Counted from the first letter of the stretch, positions 50,345-59,564 are shown. The stretch: 64,000 nucleotides of DNA from a bacterium (GCA_043801585.1 JAZDLX010000115.1:1912-65911); one strand, 5' to 3'. Numbers and translations: made by a program. Notes: generated from the letters alone by a model not told the origin.

Positions 50345-50980
50345 TTATGAAGTTTTTGTTTCTCCGGGCATCGTCCCGAAGATGTAATCCCAGAGGGGCG
50401 TGCTGACGCCGAAGCGCCTGCTCATATCAATCCCGTGATGACGCATGTGGTGTTTGCGCATTGTCTGGAACCATTTACCGGGCAGGTTGACGTGATGGTA
50501 GGCGTAGTGAAGCATGTCGTAGATGATGTAGCCTGTCATCATACCGGCGAACAGGGGATTCACCCACATCACCAAGTCGAGCACAACTCCAACGACAAGG
50601 TAGAATAGTCCATAGATGATTGCAGCGGTTGGGATCGCACCCAGGGGTGGCATCACCAGGCGGGTTTTCACCATCGGCTGGTCGTGGTGTACGCCATGCC
50701 CCATGTACTGCATCCGCTTCAATCGTTCAGAGCGAAAGTTCCTGTGAAACAGGAAACGGTGCAGCAGGTACTCGATGAAAGTCCACGAGAAAAGCCCAAG
50801 CAGCAGCGCAAGAAGCCATTGTGTGTGCGTCATGGGGGAGAAGTAGCCCAGCCATGCGCAAAACACGATCACCGGTGTCCACAAGATCACAACCCCGACC
50901 GGGGTGAAGTGGGTGAGAGCTTCGAGAATGGGGGATTTGAACAGCCGGACAGGCGGCGCATCTGGCGACATCGGCGTCAT
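50345..50980 (-). CDS. fatty acid hydroxylase / sterol desaturase superfamily membrane protein
   Basis: Histidine boxes HRFLFH, HGVHH, HYAYHH, HHMRHH within TM helices. Start taken at MTPMSPD. Confidence 0.75.
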   Translation of the reverse strand: MTPMSPDAPPVRLFKSPILEALTHFTPVGVVILWTPVIVFCAWLGYFSPMTHTQWLLALLLGLFSWTFIEYLLHRFLFHRNFRSERLKRMQYMGHGVHHDQPMVKTRLVMPPLGAIPTAAIIYGLFYLVVGVVLDLVMWVNPLFAGMMTGYIIYDMLHYAYHHVNLPGKWFQTMRKHHMRHHGIDMSRRFGVSTPLWDYIFGTMPGETKTS

Positions 50981-51103
50981 GGGCACCTCGTGCTTGTTAG
51001 GATGCTCAAACGTAGAAAGGATAGAACAACTTCTGCAAGACTTTACAAAAGACCCCGGGGAAATCCCCGGGGCACGGTTCTCACCGTATCGCTGTAACAT
51101 TAA

Positions 51104-53383
51104 TCACTTGATCAGCGTGACTTTTCGTGCTAGTTGAATCTCTCCCGGCACGGACATTTGGACGAAATAAACTCCACTGGCAAAGGAGCTGCCATTAAAA
51201 GTTATTGTCTTATATCCCGCCTCAGTTTTTCCATCCAACAGAGTGGCGACATTCTGCCCTAAAACGTTGTACACATTCAATCGCACGTTTGTAGTGTGGG
51301 GTAGACTGACCACGATAGAAAGTACCGGATTGAAGGGATTCGGGTAGAGCGAGACAATAGAATACTCCTCAGGCACAGCCATGTACGAGGGGTCTTCACT
51401 ACTCAAAACGGCTGAGCCATCATAGATATCAAAATGGGCGAAGTCTGCTACATAAATGTTGTTCCCCGATACAGCCACATCTTGTGCATTACCCATTGTG
51501 TTGTAATATCCGACTTCAACAAGCTGCACAGGATTGGATATATCCAAGACTCTCAATCCTGCAACCTCGTCAGCGATGAATGCAAAATGACCTTCAACTT
51601 GAACGCTGCAGATATAGCCGGGAGTTTCATAGTATCCGACTTCGACAGGACTTGCCGGATTTTGAACATTTATGATATGGAGTCCCATAAATGCATCTGC
51701 CAGATAAACGAAATCCCCCGAAACCGTAAGGCATTCGGAATGTCCCACTGTCTCCAAACTGCCGATTTCGAAGGGATTGTTCGGAGTAGAAATATCGAGA
51801 ATACGAAGTCCAATAAGCTCATCCACGATATAGGCATAGTCCCCGGAAACTGCGACGTCCATCACTGTACCTATTGTATCGCAATAACCGACTTCAAAAG
51901 GCTGTTCTGGATTCGATACATCGATGACACGAAGTCCCTCTCCGCCATCAGCCATATAAACAGCACCGCCATTAGCAGCCAGGCTGAATGCACGGCCCGG
52001 TGTATTGTAGCTTCCTATAACTTCGATTGAAGAGGGAGTGGAAACATCAAGAACTTTCAGCCCAACGTCAAGATCTGCAGCGTACAGGTAATGATCAAGA
52101 TAGACTATATTTTCTATTCCCTTGGCAGAATCGCAAAACCCTACTTCCATGGGATTGTTTTTTGACTCAATGTCAACAACTCGAATACCTGCTCCAAAAT
52201 CAGAGACAAATGCATAGCTGTTGGATACTGCAACTGCATAAATAATGCCGTACGAGTTGTATTGACCGATAATCACAGGACTGGTTGGGTTTGAGATACT
52301 TACTACTCGCAAACCGGTATAGTGGCCTGCCAAATAAGCATTCTCACCCATAAGCCAAACATTATGCGCATTCAAGTATTCGCTTAAACGACCCATCTGA
52401 GTTGGTTGGGTTGGGTCTGAGATGTCCGCGATGATAAGCCCCCAAACACCATCAGCGATATAAGCTTTCCCATTTCGTACCGTGACATCCCACGCGTATT
52501 CAGGTGTTCCAAGTTGCCCGATTAGTTGAGGATGTGCCGGGTCGGATACATCAATGACCAGAAGGCCCCCATGCCCGATGGCGACATAGGCGAAATTGCT
52601 GTCGATTGCGATGCCAAGCGCTAAATCTGTTGTCGGAAAGGTTCCTGAAAAAGTGGGGTTTTCAGGATCGCTAATGTTATAAATACATAATCCCGAATCC
52701 TCTTCAGCCACGTATGCGTAATTCCCCGACAGTGCAATGCTGCGTGCGTCGCCACGTTGACTGCATGAGCCAATTAAGGTTGGGAGAGTGGGTTCGCTGA
52801 TATCGATAGTGCTGATTGCCCCGGATTCAGCAATAAACGCATAGTCACCGGAAAGGGCGATGTCACTCGGGCTGCCATTTGTTCTGCATAAACCGACTTC
52901 GTTGGGATGCTCAGGATCGGAAATGTCGACTACATGCAATCCATTGGACTGACCGGCAAGAAGCGCATAGTCTCCGTCAACGGCGGCATTCGAGACATAG
53001 TCCTGAACTTCGATCGTGCTGATCGCAAGTGGATTTGCCGGATCTGTAATATCCACCAGGTGCAACCCAGCGTAACCATCAGAGACAAAGGCAACATTGC
53101 CTGAGGTTGTTACCCCAGTTGCAGTAGACCATTTATCATACATCGTGCTGATGAGTTCGATGTTCTCATGATCGCTGTTGTTGCCAAGTTCGGATTTTGA
53201 TGCCGTTGATACTCTTGGGAATGGGAGAAGAATCGATTCGTTCAACATCATCGGCTGAACCATTTTGTACGCATGATTGTTTACGTATGCAGGAGGAACA
53301 GCATGGACAGCGGGTGCATCTTCAGCCAGGGTAATCGAAACAGCGAGTAGGACACCGGTGAGGGCAAAAAGCAGGGATTTCAT
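51104..53383 (-). CDS. secreted LVIVD-repeat beta-propeller protein with T9SS C-terminal sorting domain
   Basis: Signal peptide. More than 10 copies of the GL(H/R/K)(V/I)(V/I/L)D(I/V)SxPxxP LVIVD motif. C-terminal ...YPNPFNPVLSIVVSLPHTTNVRLNVYNVLGQNVATLLDG...SGVYFVQM...KVTLIK Por-secretion tail. Confidence 0.85.
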   Translation of the reverse strand: MKSLLFALTGVLLAVSITLAEDAPAVHAVPPAYVNNHAYKMVQPMMLNESILLPFPRVSTASKSELGNNSDHENIELISTMYDKWSTATGVTTSGNVAFVSDGYAGLHLVDITDPANPLAISTIEVQDYVSNAAVDGDYALLAGQSNGLHVVDISDPEHPNEVGLCRTNGSPSDIALSGDYAFIAESGAISTIDISEPTLPTLIGSCSQRGDARSIALSGNYAYVAEEDSGLCIYNISDPENPTFSGTFPTTDLALGIAIDSNFAYVAIGHGGLLVIDVSDPAHPQLIGQLGTPEYAWDVTVRNGKAYIADGVWGLIIADISDPTQPTQMGRLSEYLNAHNVWLMGENAYLAGHYTGLRVVSISNPTSPVIIGQYNSYGIIYAVAVSNSYAFVSDFGAGIRVVDIESKNNPMEVGFCDSAKGIENIVYLDHYLYAADLDVGLKVLDVSTPSSIEVIGSYNTPGRAFSLAANGGAVYMADGGEGLRVIDVSNPEQPFEVGYCDTIGTVMDVAVSGDYAYIVDELIGLRILDISTPNNPFEIGSLETVGHSECLTVSGDFVYLADAFMGLHIINVQNPASPVEVGYYETPGYICSVQVEGHFAFIADEVAGLRVLDISNPVQLVEVGYYNTMGNAQDVAVSGNNIYVADFAHFDIYDGSAVLSSEDPSYMAVPEEYSIVSLYPNPFNPVLSIVVSLPHTTNVRLNVYNVLGQNVATLLDGKTEAGYKTITFNGSSFASGVYFVQMSVPGEIQLARKVTLIK

Positions 53384-53524
53384 TGTGTCCCCCGATCGAA
53401 GTTATTTACGATAGTGACCATTAACCCACATAAAATAATTTAATACAATGGGCCATCCTAATACAAAAGTGAGCGAACCGGATGGATTCGCTCACTTTTT
53501 TCTAAAGACAGGATTGAATAACTA

Positions 53525-55096
53525 TCAGCTTTCCTTGACCGCCTCGATGATCTCGGCGAAGGCCTTCTTGCCGTCGTTGAAGAACATCAGGGTGTTGTCC
53601 AACGCGAACAGCGGGTTCGGAATGCCCGCAAAGCCCGGCGACAGCGAGCGCTTGATCACAATCGCCGTCCTTGCCTTATCCACGTTGATGATCGGCATTC
53701 CGGCGATCGGGCTGTCCGGGTCGGTGCGGGCGACGGGATTGACCACGTCGTTGGCGCCGACGACGATGGCGACGTCGATGGTGTCGATGTTGTTGTTCGA
53801 CTCCACCTCATCCCACAGTTTGTCATAGGGGACGTTCGCCTCGGCCAGCAGCACGTTCATGTGGCCGGGCATCCGGCCCGCGACAGGATGGACCCCGAAG
53901 AACACCTCGGTGGTGTACTTCGACTCGAGCAGATTCGCGAGGTCACGCACGGCGTGCTGTGCCTGGGAGACGGCCATGCCGTATCCGGGGACGATCAGGA
54001 CGCGCTGTGCGGTTTCGAGCATCATCGCGATCTCTTCCGCGGAAGTTACCTTGACGGTTTTGTAGATCTCGTTGGCGTCCATCGTGGACTCGGTCGCGCC
54101 CATCGCTCCGAAGAGTACGTTGGGCAGCGAGCGGTTCATCGCCTTGCACATGATGTTCGTCAGGATGACGCCCGACGCACCCACCAGCGATCCGGCGATG
54201 ATCAGCACGGTGTTGCTGATGACGAAACCGGTCATGGCGGCCGCGATGCCGGAATAGCTGTTCAACAGGGCGATCACAACCGGCATGTCCGCGCCACCGA
54301 TCGAGAAGGTGAGCAGGATGCCAAGCACCGCGGAAACGCCGATCAGCACCCAGTAGAGCAGCAACGTGTGCTCGGTGGGAACCACTTCCGTCCCAGACAA
54401 CTGCACGACGAGTACAACGCCGACGATCAGGGCAATCGCACCGGAGAACATCTTCAGCGCCTGCATCCCCGGGAAGATCGCCTTCCTGTTCAAGGTCAGC
54501 AGACCGGTGAGCACAAAGGTGGCGATCACCAGCCAGGAGAGCGGGGTATAGGCGTAGGTGGAAGCGATGTAAACGCCGAGAGCCGCAACGATCAGCGCGA
54601 AACCATACTTGATCAGCTTCTGCCAGGTGTGAAGTTTCCACTTCACCGCGAGGAACTCCGACAGCTTGCCAAACGCAATGTAGCTGCCGAAGAAGGTGAC
54701 GCTGCCGACCAGACCCGCCAGCACGGTGGCGATGGACTTCTGCATGTCGGCCGGTTCGTGGCCGTGGATCACCTTGACCAGCTCGGCGGCGGCGACAACC
54801 AGTGACGCAGCGCCACCGAATCCGTTGAAGATGGCCACCATTTCCGGCATCGAGGTCATCGCGACACGGACTGCGGCAATCCAGCCGATCGCTCCACCGA
54901 TAATGAAACCAATGATGATGTAATGATACTCCAGGCCGCTGGCGAGGAGTGTGATCACGACGGCGATGAGCATACCCAGGGCGCTGGTCAGGTTGCCCTT
55001 GACTGCGGTGCGCGGGTGGGACATGCCCTTCAATCCGTAGATGAAAAGGACCGACGCGATCGCGTACACGATGTTTTGAAGGCTTTGAGAAACCAT
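53525..55096 (-). CDS. pntB: NAD(P) transhydrogenase subunit beta
   Basis: Nine-plus TM helices followed by C-terminal dIII NADP(H)-binding domain (VIVPGYGMAVSQAQH...GANDVVNP). Confidence 0.9.
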   Translation of the reverse strand: MVSQSLQNIVYAIASVLFIYGLKGMSHPRTAVKGNLTSALGMLIAVVITLLASGLEYHYIIIGFIIGGAIGWIAAVRVAMTSMPEMVAIFNGFGGAASLVVAAAELVKVIHGHEPADMQKSIATVLAGLVGSVTFFGSYIAFGKLSEFLAVKWKLHTWQKLIKYGFALIVAALGVYIASTYAYTPLSWLVIATFVLTGLLTLNRKAIFPGMQALKMFSGAIALIVGVVLVVQLSGTEVVPTEHTLLLYWVLIGVSAVLGILLTFSIGGADMPVVIALLNSYSGIAAAMTGFVISNTVLIIAGSLVGASGVILTNIMCKAMNRSLPNVLFGAMGATESTMDANEIYKTVKVTSAEEIAMMLETAQRVLIVPGYGMAVSQAQHAVRDLANLLESKYTTEVFFGVHPVAGRMPGHMNVLLAEANVPYDKLWDEVESNNNIDTIDVAIVVGANDVVNPVARTDPDSPIAGMPIINVDKARTAIVIKRSLSPGFAGIPNPLFALDNTLMFFNDGKKAFAEIIEAVKES

Positions 55097-55108
55097 GATC
55101 GTCGATCC

Positions 55109-55387
55109 TTACTTTTTCTTGAACATCTGAAGCATGCGATGGGTGACGAGATAACCGCCGACCACGTTGATGGTGGCGAAAATCATCGCGAGCATGCCGA
55201 ACAGTTTCGAAAGTTCAGGCTCTTTGATGGTGCCTGCCGCAAAGATGGCGCCGATGATGGTGATGCCGGAGATCGCATTCGATCCCGACATTAACGGCGT
55301 ATGAAGCATTGGCGGCACCTTCGTGATTACTTCGAACCCCACGAAGATCGCGAGGACGAAGACCGTCAACAGCATGACGAGGTCCAT
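55109..55387 (-). CDS. pntAB: NAD(P) transhydrogenase subunit alpha part 2 (membrane segment)
   Basis: 92-aa, three-helix hydrophobic protein between pntAA and pntB. GGAGGAGG RBS. Confidence 0.85.
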   Translation of the reverse strand: MDLVMLLTVFVLAIFVGFEVITKVPPMLHTPLMSGSNAISGITIIGAIFAAGTIKEPELSKLFGMLAMIFATINVVGGYLVTHRMLQMFKKK

Positions 55388-55396
55388 CCCTCCTCC

Positions 55397-56689
55397 TTAT
55401 TTCTTTTTAGTCGTCTTCTTCGTCGGAGCCTTTTTCGCGGAGGTTTTCTTCACCGCGACAGGCTTTTTCGTTGCGGCTTTCTTCGCCGGGGCCTTTTTAC
55501 CGCCCTTTGACTTTTTCGCCGAAAGGGCTTCAATCAATTCCTTGACCCGTGGATTGACGATTTCGCCACCCTGGCAGATCATGCTGCCCGCGGTGATCTC
55601 GTCTTCCAGGTTGAGCACCAGCTTGCCTTCTTTGTCAGCGAGGTGCTGAAGCAGGGTCTGGACGTTCTTGGCGTACATCTGGCTGGCGTGGAAGGAAACG
55701 GTGGAAGTGATATTCTCGGGGCCGTTGATGAACACACCGTTCTTGGTTGTGATCGTCTTGCCGTGCACCGTCAGTTCGCAGTTGCCGCCACGTTCGCTGG
55801 CGAGGTCAACAATCACCGAACCGGGTCGCATTGCCGCGACTTGGCTTTTGGTAACCAGAACCGGGGAACGCTTGCCTGGAACCGCCGCAGTGGTGATCAC
55901 CACATCCGCCTCGGCGATTGCCTTGCCCATCGCCTCGCGCTGCCTCTTCAGGAATTCTTCGCTCTGTTCCTTCGCGTAGCCGCCGGTGCCCTGCGCCTCG
56001 CTGGTATCCAGTTCGACCTCGACGAACTTGCCGCCGAGGGATTCGATCTGCTCCTTGACTTCCGGGCGGACGTCATAGGCGTGAACGATGGCGCCGAGAC
56101 GTTTCGCAGTCGCAATCGCCTGCAGTCCCGCAACTCCCGCACCGATAATGAACACCTTCGCCGGGGCAATCGTCCCCGCAGCGGTCATCATCATCGGGAA
56201 CATCTTTGGAAGCAGGCTCGCGGCGATCAGGACGGCTTTGTATCCCGCCACATTCGCCTGAGATGAAAGGGCATCCATGGACTGCGCACGAGTGATGCGG
56301 GGGATCAGCTCCATCGAGAAGCTGATCGCACCTGTCTTTGCGAGTTCCCTGGCTTTGTCAGGGCTGCCGAGTGGATCCGTGTGGCCGACAATGACCTGTC
56401 CAGCCTTGATCTTTTTCAGATCACTCCTGCCAGCGCCATTGTCACCACCGTAGGCGCGGACCTGGGCGATGACGTCTGCCTTCTTGAAAACGTCGTCGCG
56501 CTTTCCGATGCTGGCGCCCTTGGATGTGTAGGTCTCGTCCGTAAAGCCGGCTTCCACACCGGCTCCCTTCTCGACGAGCACCTTGAAACCTTTCCGGGTG
56601 AGCTGGTGCACGATATCCGGCACCAACGCCACGCGCTTCTCGCCCGGAAACAGCTCTTTGGGCACTCCGACAATCATGGCGATGTCCAT
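55397..56689 (-). CDS. pntAA: NAD(P) transhydrogenase subunit alpha part 1 (dI, AlaDH-like) with C-terminal Lys/Ala/Pro-rich histone-H1-like tail
   Basis: IIGAGVAGLQA Rossmann motif in an AlaDH/PNT fold. C-terminal 40 aa: AKKSKGGKKAPAKKAATKKPVAVKKTSAKKAPTKKTTKKK, confirmed by direct reverse translation of 55397–55520. Start MDIAMIVG (alternative 56677). Confidence 0.85.
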   Translation of the reverse strand: MDIAMIVGVPKELFPGEKRVALVPDIVHQLTRKGFKVLVEKGAGVEAGFTDETYTSKGASIGKRDDVFKKADVIAQVRAYGGDNGAGRSDLKKIKAGQVIVGHTDPLGSPDKARELAKTGAISFSMELIPRITRAQSMDALSSQANVAGYKAVLIAASLLPKMFPMMMTAAGTIAPAKVFIIGAGVAGLQAIATAKRLGAIVHAYDVRPEVKEQIESLGGKFVEVELDTSEAQGTGGYAKEQSEEFLKRQREAMGKAIAEADVVITTAAVPGKRSPVLVTKSQVAAMRPGSVIVDLASERGGNCELTVHGKTITTKNGVFINGPENITSTVSFHASQMYAKNVQTLLQHLADKEGKLVLNLEDEITAGSMICQGGEIVNPRVKELIEALSAKKSKGGKKAPAKKAATKKPVAVKKTSAKKAPTKKTTKKK

Positions 56690-57167
56690 CCCTTGTTTCG
56701 TTTGTCTTATGCCCTGCGACCAATTACGTCGTGGGCCTCGCTTTTGGTTTTGTTCCAGTTGCGGGGTCATCCCGCCGAGATAGAAACTCCTCCGGCCACT
56801 CGATTCTTTGGCATGGCAACTGCCCGTCTAACGTTATGCCTGAGTGTTCAAATTCCGCTTTGCGACGGGAAATGTGCTGGCGAAAATAGGTGCAGCCTCT
56901 CGTGCAGTCAAGAGTGCGGGAGGTGCCTGCATCCCTTGTCATTGTTGAAAAAGGGTGCGCAAATGCCGCAAAGCGAACAATCACGGGTGTTACAGGGGGA
57001 TGGAATATTCGCACTTGAGTGCTGAAACCGATCCTTTCGACTCTCAGAGACCCTGAAATCACTGGTAATGTTGATGTGCAGGTTCATCCAATGGAAAGAG
57101 AGGCGAGAGGAGGTGTCGGGTCTTTCCTCTTGCGCCATCGGATAAATAAAGTCACTCGGAGCATAAA

Positions 57168-57725
57168 GTGAATACCAGCCCTGTCGTTGATCTGTTGCGC
57201 GGAAGGCGGTCTACCCGGTCGATCGATTCACGACCTCTTCCAGAAGAGGTCGTTCAGGATCTCATTGAAGCGGTACGCCTGACTCCTTCCTGTGCGAACA
57301 ACCAGCCATGGCGTTACATCTTTGCGGAGAGCGAAAACGAACGCCAGCGCATCTCGGAAGCCTTCATCGGCGCCAATGCCGCCTGGGCTCCGCGAGGAGC
57401 GTTGATCGTCTGTGGCTACAGCCGGGCATCCGAAGATTGCCGCAACGAGGATGGGAGGGAGTATCACCAGTTCGACCTCGGCATGGCAACGATGAACATG
57501 ATGCTGGCAGCAACAAGCCATGGACTTGTCGCCCGACCAATGGGGGGATTTAATCCGGATGTCATCCGCAGGCTCTACGGCCTCGACCCGGAGGATCAAC
57601 CTCTTGTGATGGTTTCCATCGGACGCCCGGGCGCGAATGAGGATCACCTGCCGGAGAAGTACAAGGGAATTGAGGACAAACCCAGGAATCGTAAAAGCGC
57701 CGCGGAGATCATCCGCAGGGTGTGA
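57168..57725 (+). CDS. nitroreductase-family protein
   Basis: RRSTRSI...PSCANNQPWRY FMN-binding N-terminal motif. 185 aa. Confidence 0.8.
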   Translation: MNTSPVVDLLRGRRSTRSIDSRPLPEEVVQDLIEAVRLTPSCANNQPWRYIFAESENERQRISEAFIGANAAWAPRGALIVCGYSRASEDCRNEDGREYHQFDLGMATMNMMLAATSHGLVARPMGGFNPDVIRRLYGLDPEDQPLVMVSIGRPGANEDHLPEKYKGIEDKPRNRKSAAEIIRRV

Positions 57726-57754
57726 GGAGCAGGTGCCAGTTGCTTAGGGATGAA

Positions 57755-57840
57755 CACAATATGTCACCCCCAGCGCTATCTGTCACTCCCCGCGCTACCT
57801 GCCACCCCCGGACAATATGTCACCCCCGCACAGGTGGGGG
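57755..57840. promoter_or_regulatory. cluster of four direct repeats (tgtcaccccc-like) at ~19–20-bp spacing, ending in inverted gtggggg
   Basis: acaatatgtcaccccc occurs twice (57755, 57811). Degenerate copies tgtcactcccc and tgccaccccc lie between them. Sits in the nitroreductase / cytochrome-lipoprotein convergent gap. Confidence 0.4.
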
Positions 57841-58203
57841 TCCAGACAATAAACCATGGCCGACCATCCGGATTCCCGCCTGCGCGGGAATGACATTTCT
57901 ACGTTTCCGTCGGTTCCTTAGCGAAAGCGTGTTCAGTCATCCTGAACCGGCCTGCCAAAGGCAGGCGCAGTCTGTTCAGGATGACCGGATTTGGACTGTC
58001 CCGCAGGTTTCTCAGCGAAGCGGAGAACCGATGGATAGAGACGGGGTGTCGGGTTTCCACTTCGTTTACGACCCGACACAACAAAGAAAGCTATAAGGCA
58101 AATAGTCAGCAGGGCCATTCTCCCTGTCCGAGAGAGAATGGCCCGTTGTGCTCATGCAATACTTGAAGTGCGCCGAGGGTATTCTGGAATACCTCCGGTC
58201 AGG

Positions 58204-58634
58204 TCAATTGCCGGTCGAGAGATCTTCAGGAGCGTTGTTGGATATCCAGTCCTCGATTGCCTGGATGTTGTCAGTGCGGATGTTTCCGCCCGGGGGCATT
58301 CTCGGAAACCCCTGACCCTGACTCGACTCAGCAATTCGCTTGCGCTTGGGTTGCCCGGAAGGATCACACGGTTCCCGCTTGTCGTCACATGGCTGACGAC
58401 CGGGGTGTACGTTGCAACGCTGAATCCGCTTTGAGCATTCGATCCACCGTGGCATGCGCTGCAATAACCATCGAGCATCGGTCCGATCGTGTGCTTCCAG
58501 TCTAGATCAGCATTCGGATCCAACGTGAATCCTGAGCCTGCAGGTCCCTGATTGGAGCACCCAGAAAGAAGAATCGTCAGAAGAACGGTCGCAAGAATCG
58601 CCCGTGGAAGGACGAATCGGATACTGGATTCCAT
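58204..58634 (-). pseudogene. PSCyt1-type (CxxCH) c-type cytochrome lipoprotein, interrupted by a single-base frameshift in a G4/C4 run near 58307–58310
   Basis: Frame A (58634→58320): MESSIRFVLPRAILATVLLTILLSGCSN…DGYCSACHGG…VILPGNPSASELLSRV. Frame B (58305→58204): …GFPRMPPGGNIRTDNIQAIEDWISNNAPEDLSTGN*. Adding one G to the gggg run fuses them into a contiguous PSCyt1-like domain (…SELLSRVRVRGFPRMPPGG…). Confidence 0.7.
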
Positions 58635-58877
58635 GAAGAAAATCCTCCGATGATGAAAACCGTCATTTGACTGACGCAGTAAATGACACGGTAACCTGCT
58701 GCACCTCAAATGTGTTTCATCATCGAAGTCCTTTCACGGCTGATTTGAGAGATTAAAATGCCGTGAAAGCAAAGTTAGGGTGTTATAACATCAAGCGTTT
58801 TTTCAAATCGAGGAAATGAAGGTAAACCGAGATGGAGCACTGAAACGTTGAATTTATCAACGTGATAACGTGGAAAA

Positions 58878-58915
58878 AGGACATCCCCCGACTCTGATGA
58901 GGTCGGGGGACGTTT
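58878..58915 (-). terminator. intrinsic terminator on the minus strand with no upstream ORF
   Basis: Minus-strand reading: cgtcccccgac-ctcatcaga-gtcgggggatgtccTTTTTcc (9-bp GC-rich stem plus U-tract). The nearest upstream minus-strand coding gene is more than 600 bp away. Confidence 0.55.
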
Positions 58916-59564
58916 CAAACCCTGCAGAATTCGTGCTGCCCTTACATACGCCGGAGCCGGTTCGAACGTATGGCCTAGGATCGTGCCCGAATCCCTTCGG
59001 GTTTGACCGAGAATTGGGATTGGGTGGGTGATATCCAGTGTGGTTAGGGGTACACTGGATACCACAATTGACAAGGAACCAAACACAACAGATCCGAAAA
59101 CTGTTTTGCAATGGTTGTGCCAATCATCTAAAACACTCGTATCATCTTGTTATTATAAGGTATAAGTCCGTTCCTGCCGATCATGTCACATTCGCCGTTG
59201 TAGGAATACGCTACAACAGGTTCCGATTATGAGTTTCGATACGAAGCATCCACTGTTCATGGATGAATTCACTGCCTGAACGTTTACCCTACAACGAACG
59301 ATAGGTGGAATCCAGTTGACTGGTTTATGTGTTTTAAGGTGTTGCCTGAGAGCAGGAAAATGTACAAAATACCTTTTCATATGAGAACAAGCAATTTTCC
59401 CGGTAAGGGAAAAAGTACCTGGTACATTTTCCGGCACGTTCCCTGGTTATGCAGGCTGCCATCCGTTATTGCACGCTCACGCGCGAGGGATTCAGGCGGC
59501 GAAGCCATTGCGTATCTTTCGTGTTCTCGGTATACTTCGGCGGTTTCAATCAGAAGGGGGTCAG

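Noticed and set aside
49800-50406. Three overlapping plus-strand ORFs (88, 77 and 96 aa) encoding repeated VGRGLRTRRSVA peptides
   Set aside because: They are translations of the tandem DNA repeat in different frames. The periodic peptide is a by-product of the nucleotide repeat, not evidence of coding.
53861-54805. 314-aa plus-strand ORF inside pntB, and a 232-aa minus alternative frame
   Set aside because: PntB TM-helix and dIII motifs define the true frame; the others are GC-driven open frames.
58885-58912. CTGATGAG sequence resembling the hammerhead ribozyme core
   Set aside because: The motif sits in the loop of a simple 9-bp hairpin. There is no stem I/II/III three-way junction and no correctly placed GAAA or cleavage triplet, so it does not have the hammerhead topology.
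58950-58975. GGTTCGAAC resembling a tRNA T-loop
   Set aside because: Flanking bases cannot form a 5-bp T-stem on either strand, and no acceptor, D or anticodon arms are found nearby.
58775-59437. Small minus-strand ORFs (83–103 aa) in the ORF-free island
   Set aside because: No RBS and odd composition. One runs straight through the intrinsic terminator hairpin. They are more plausibly non-coding.
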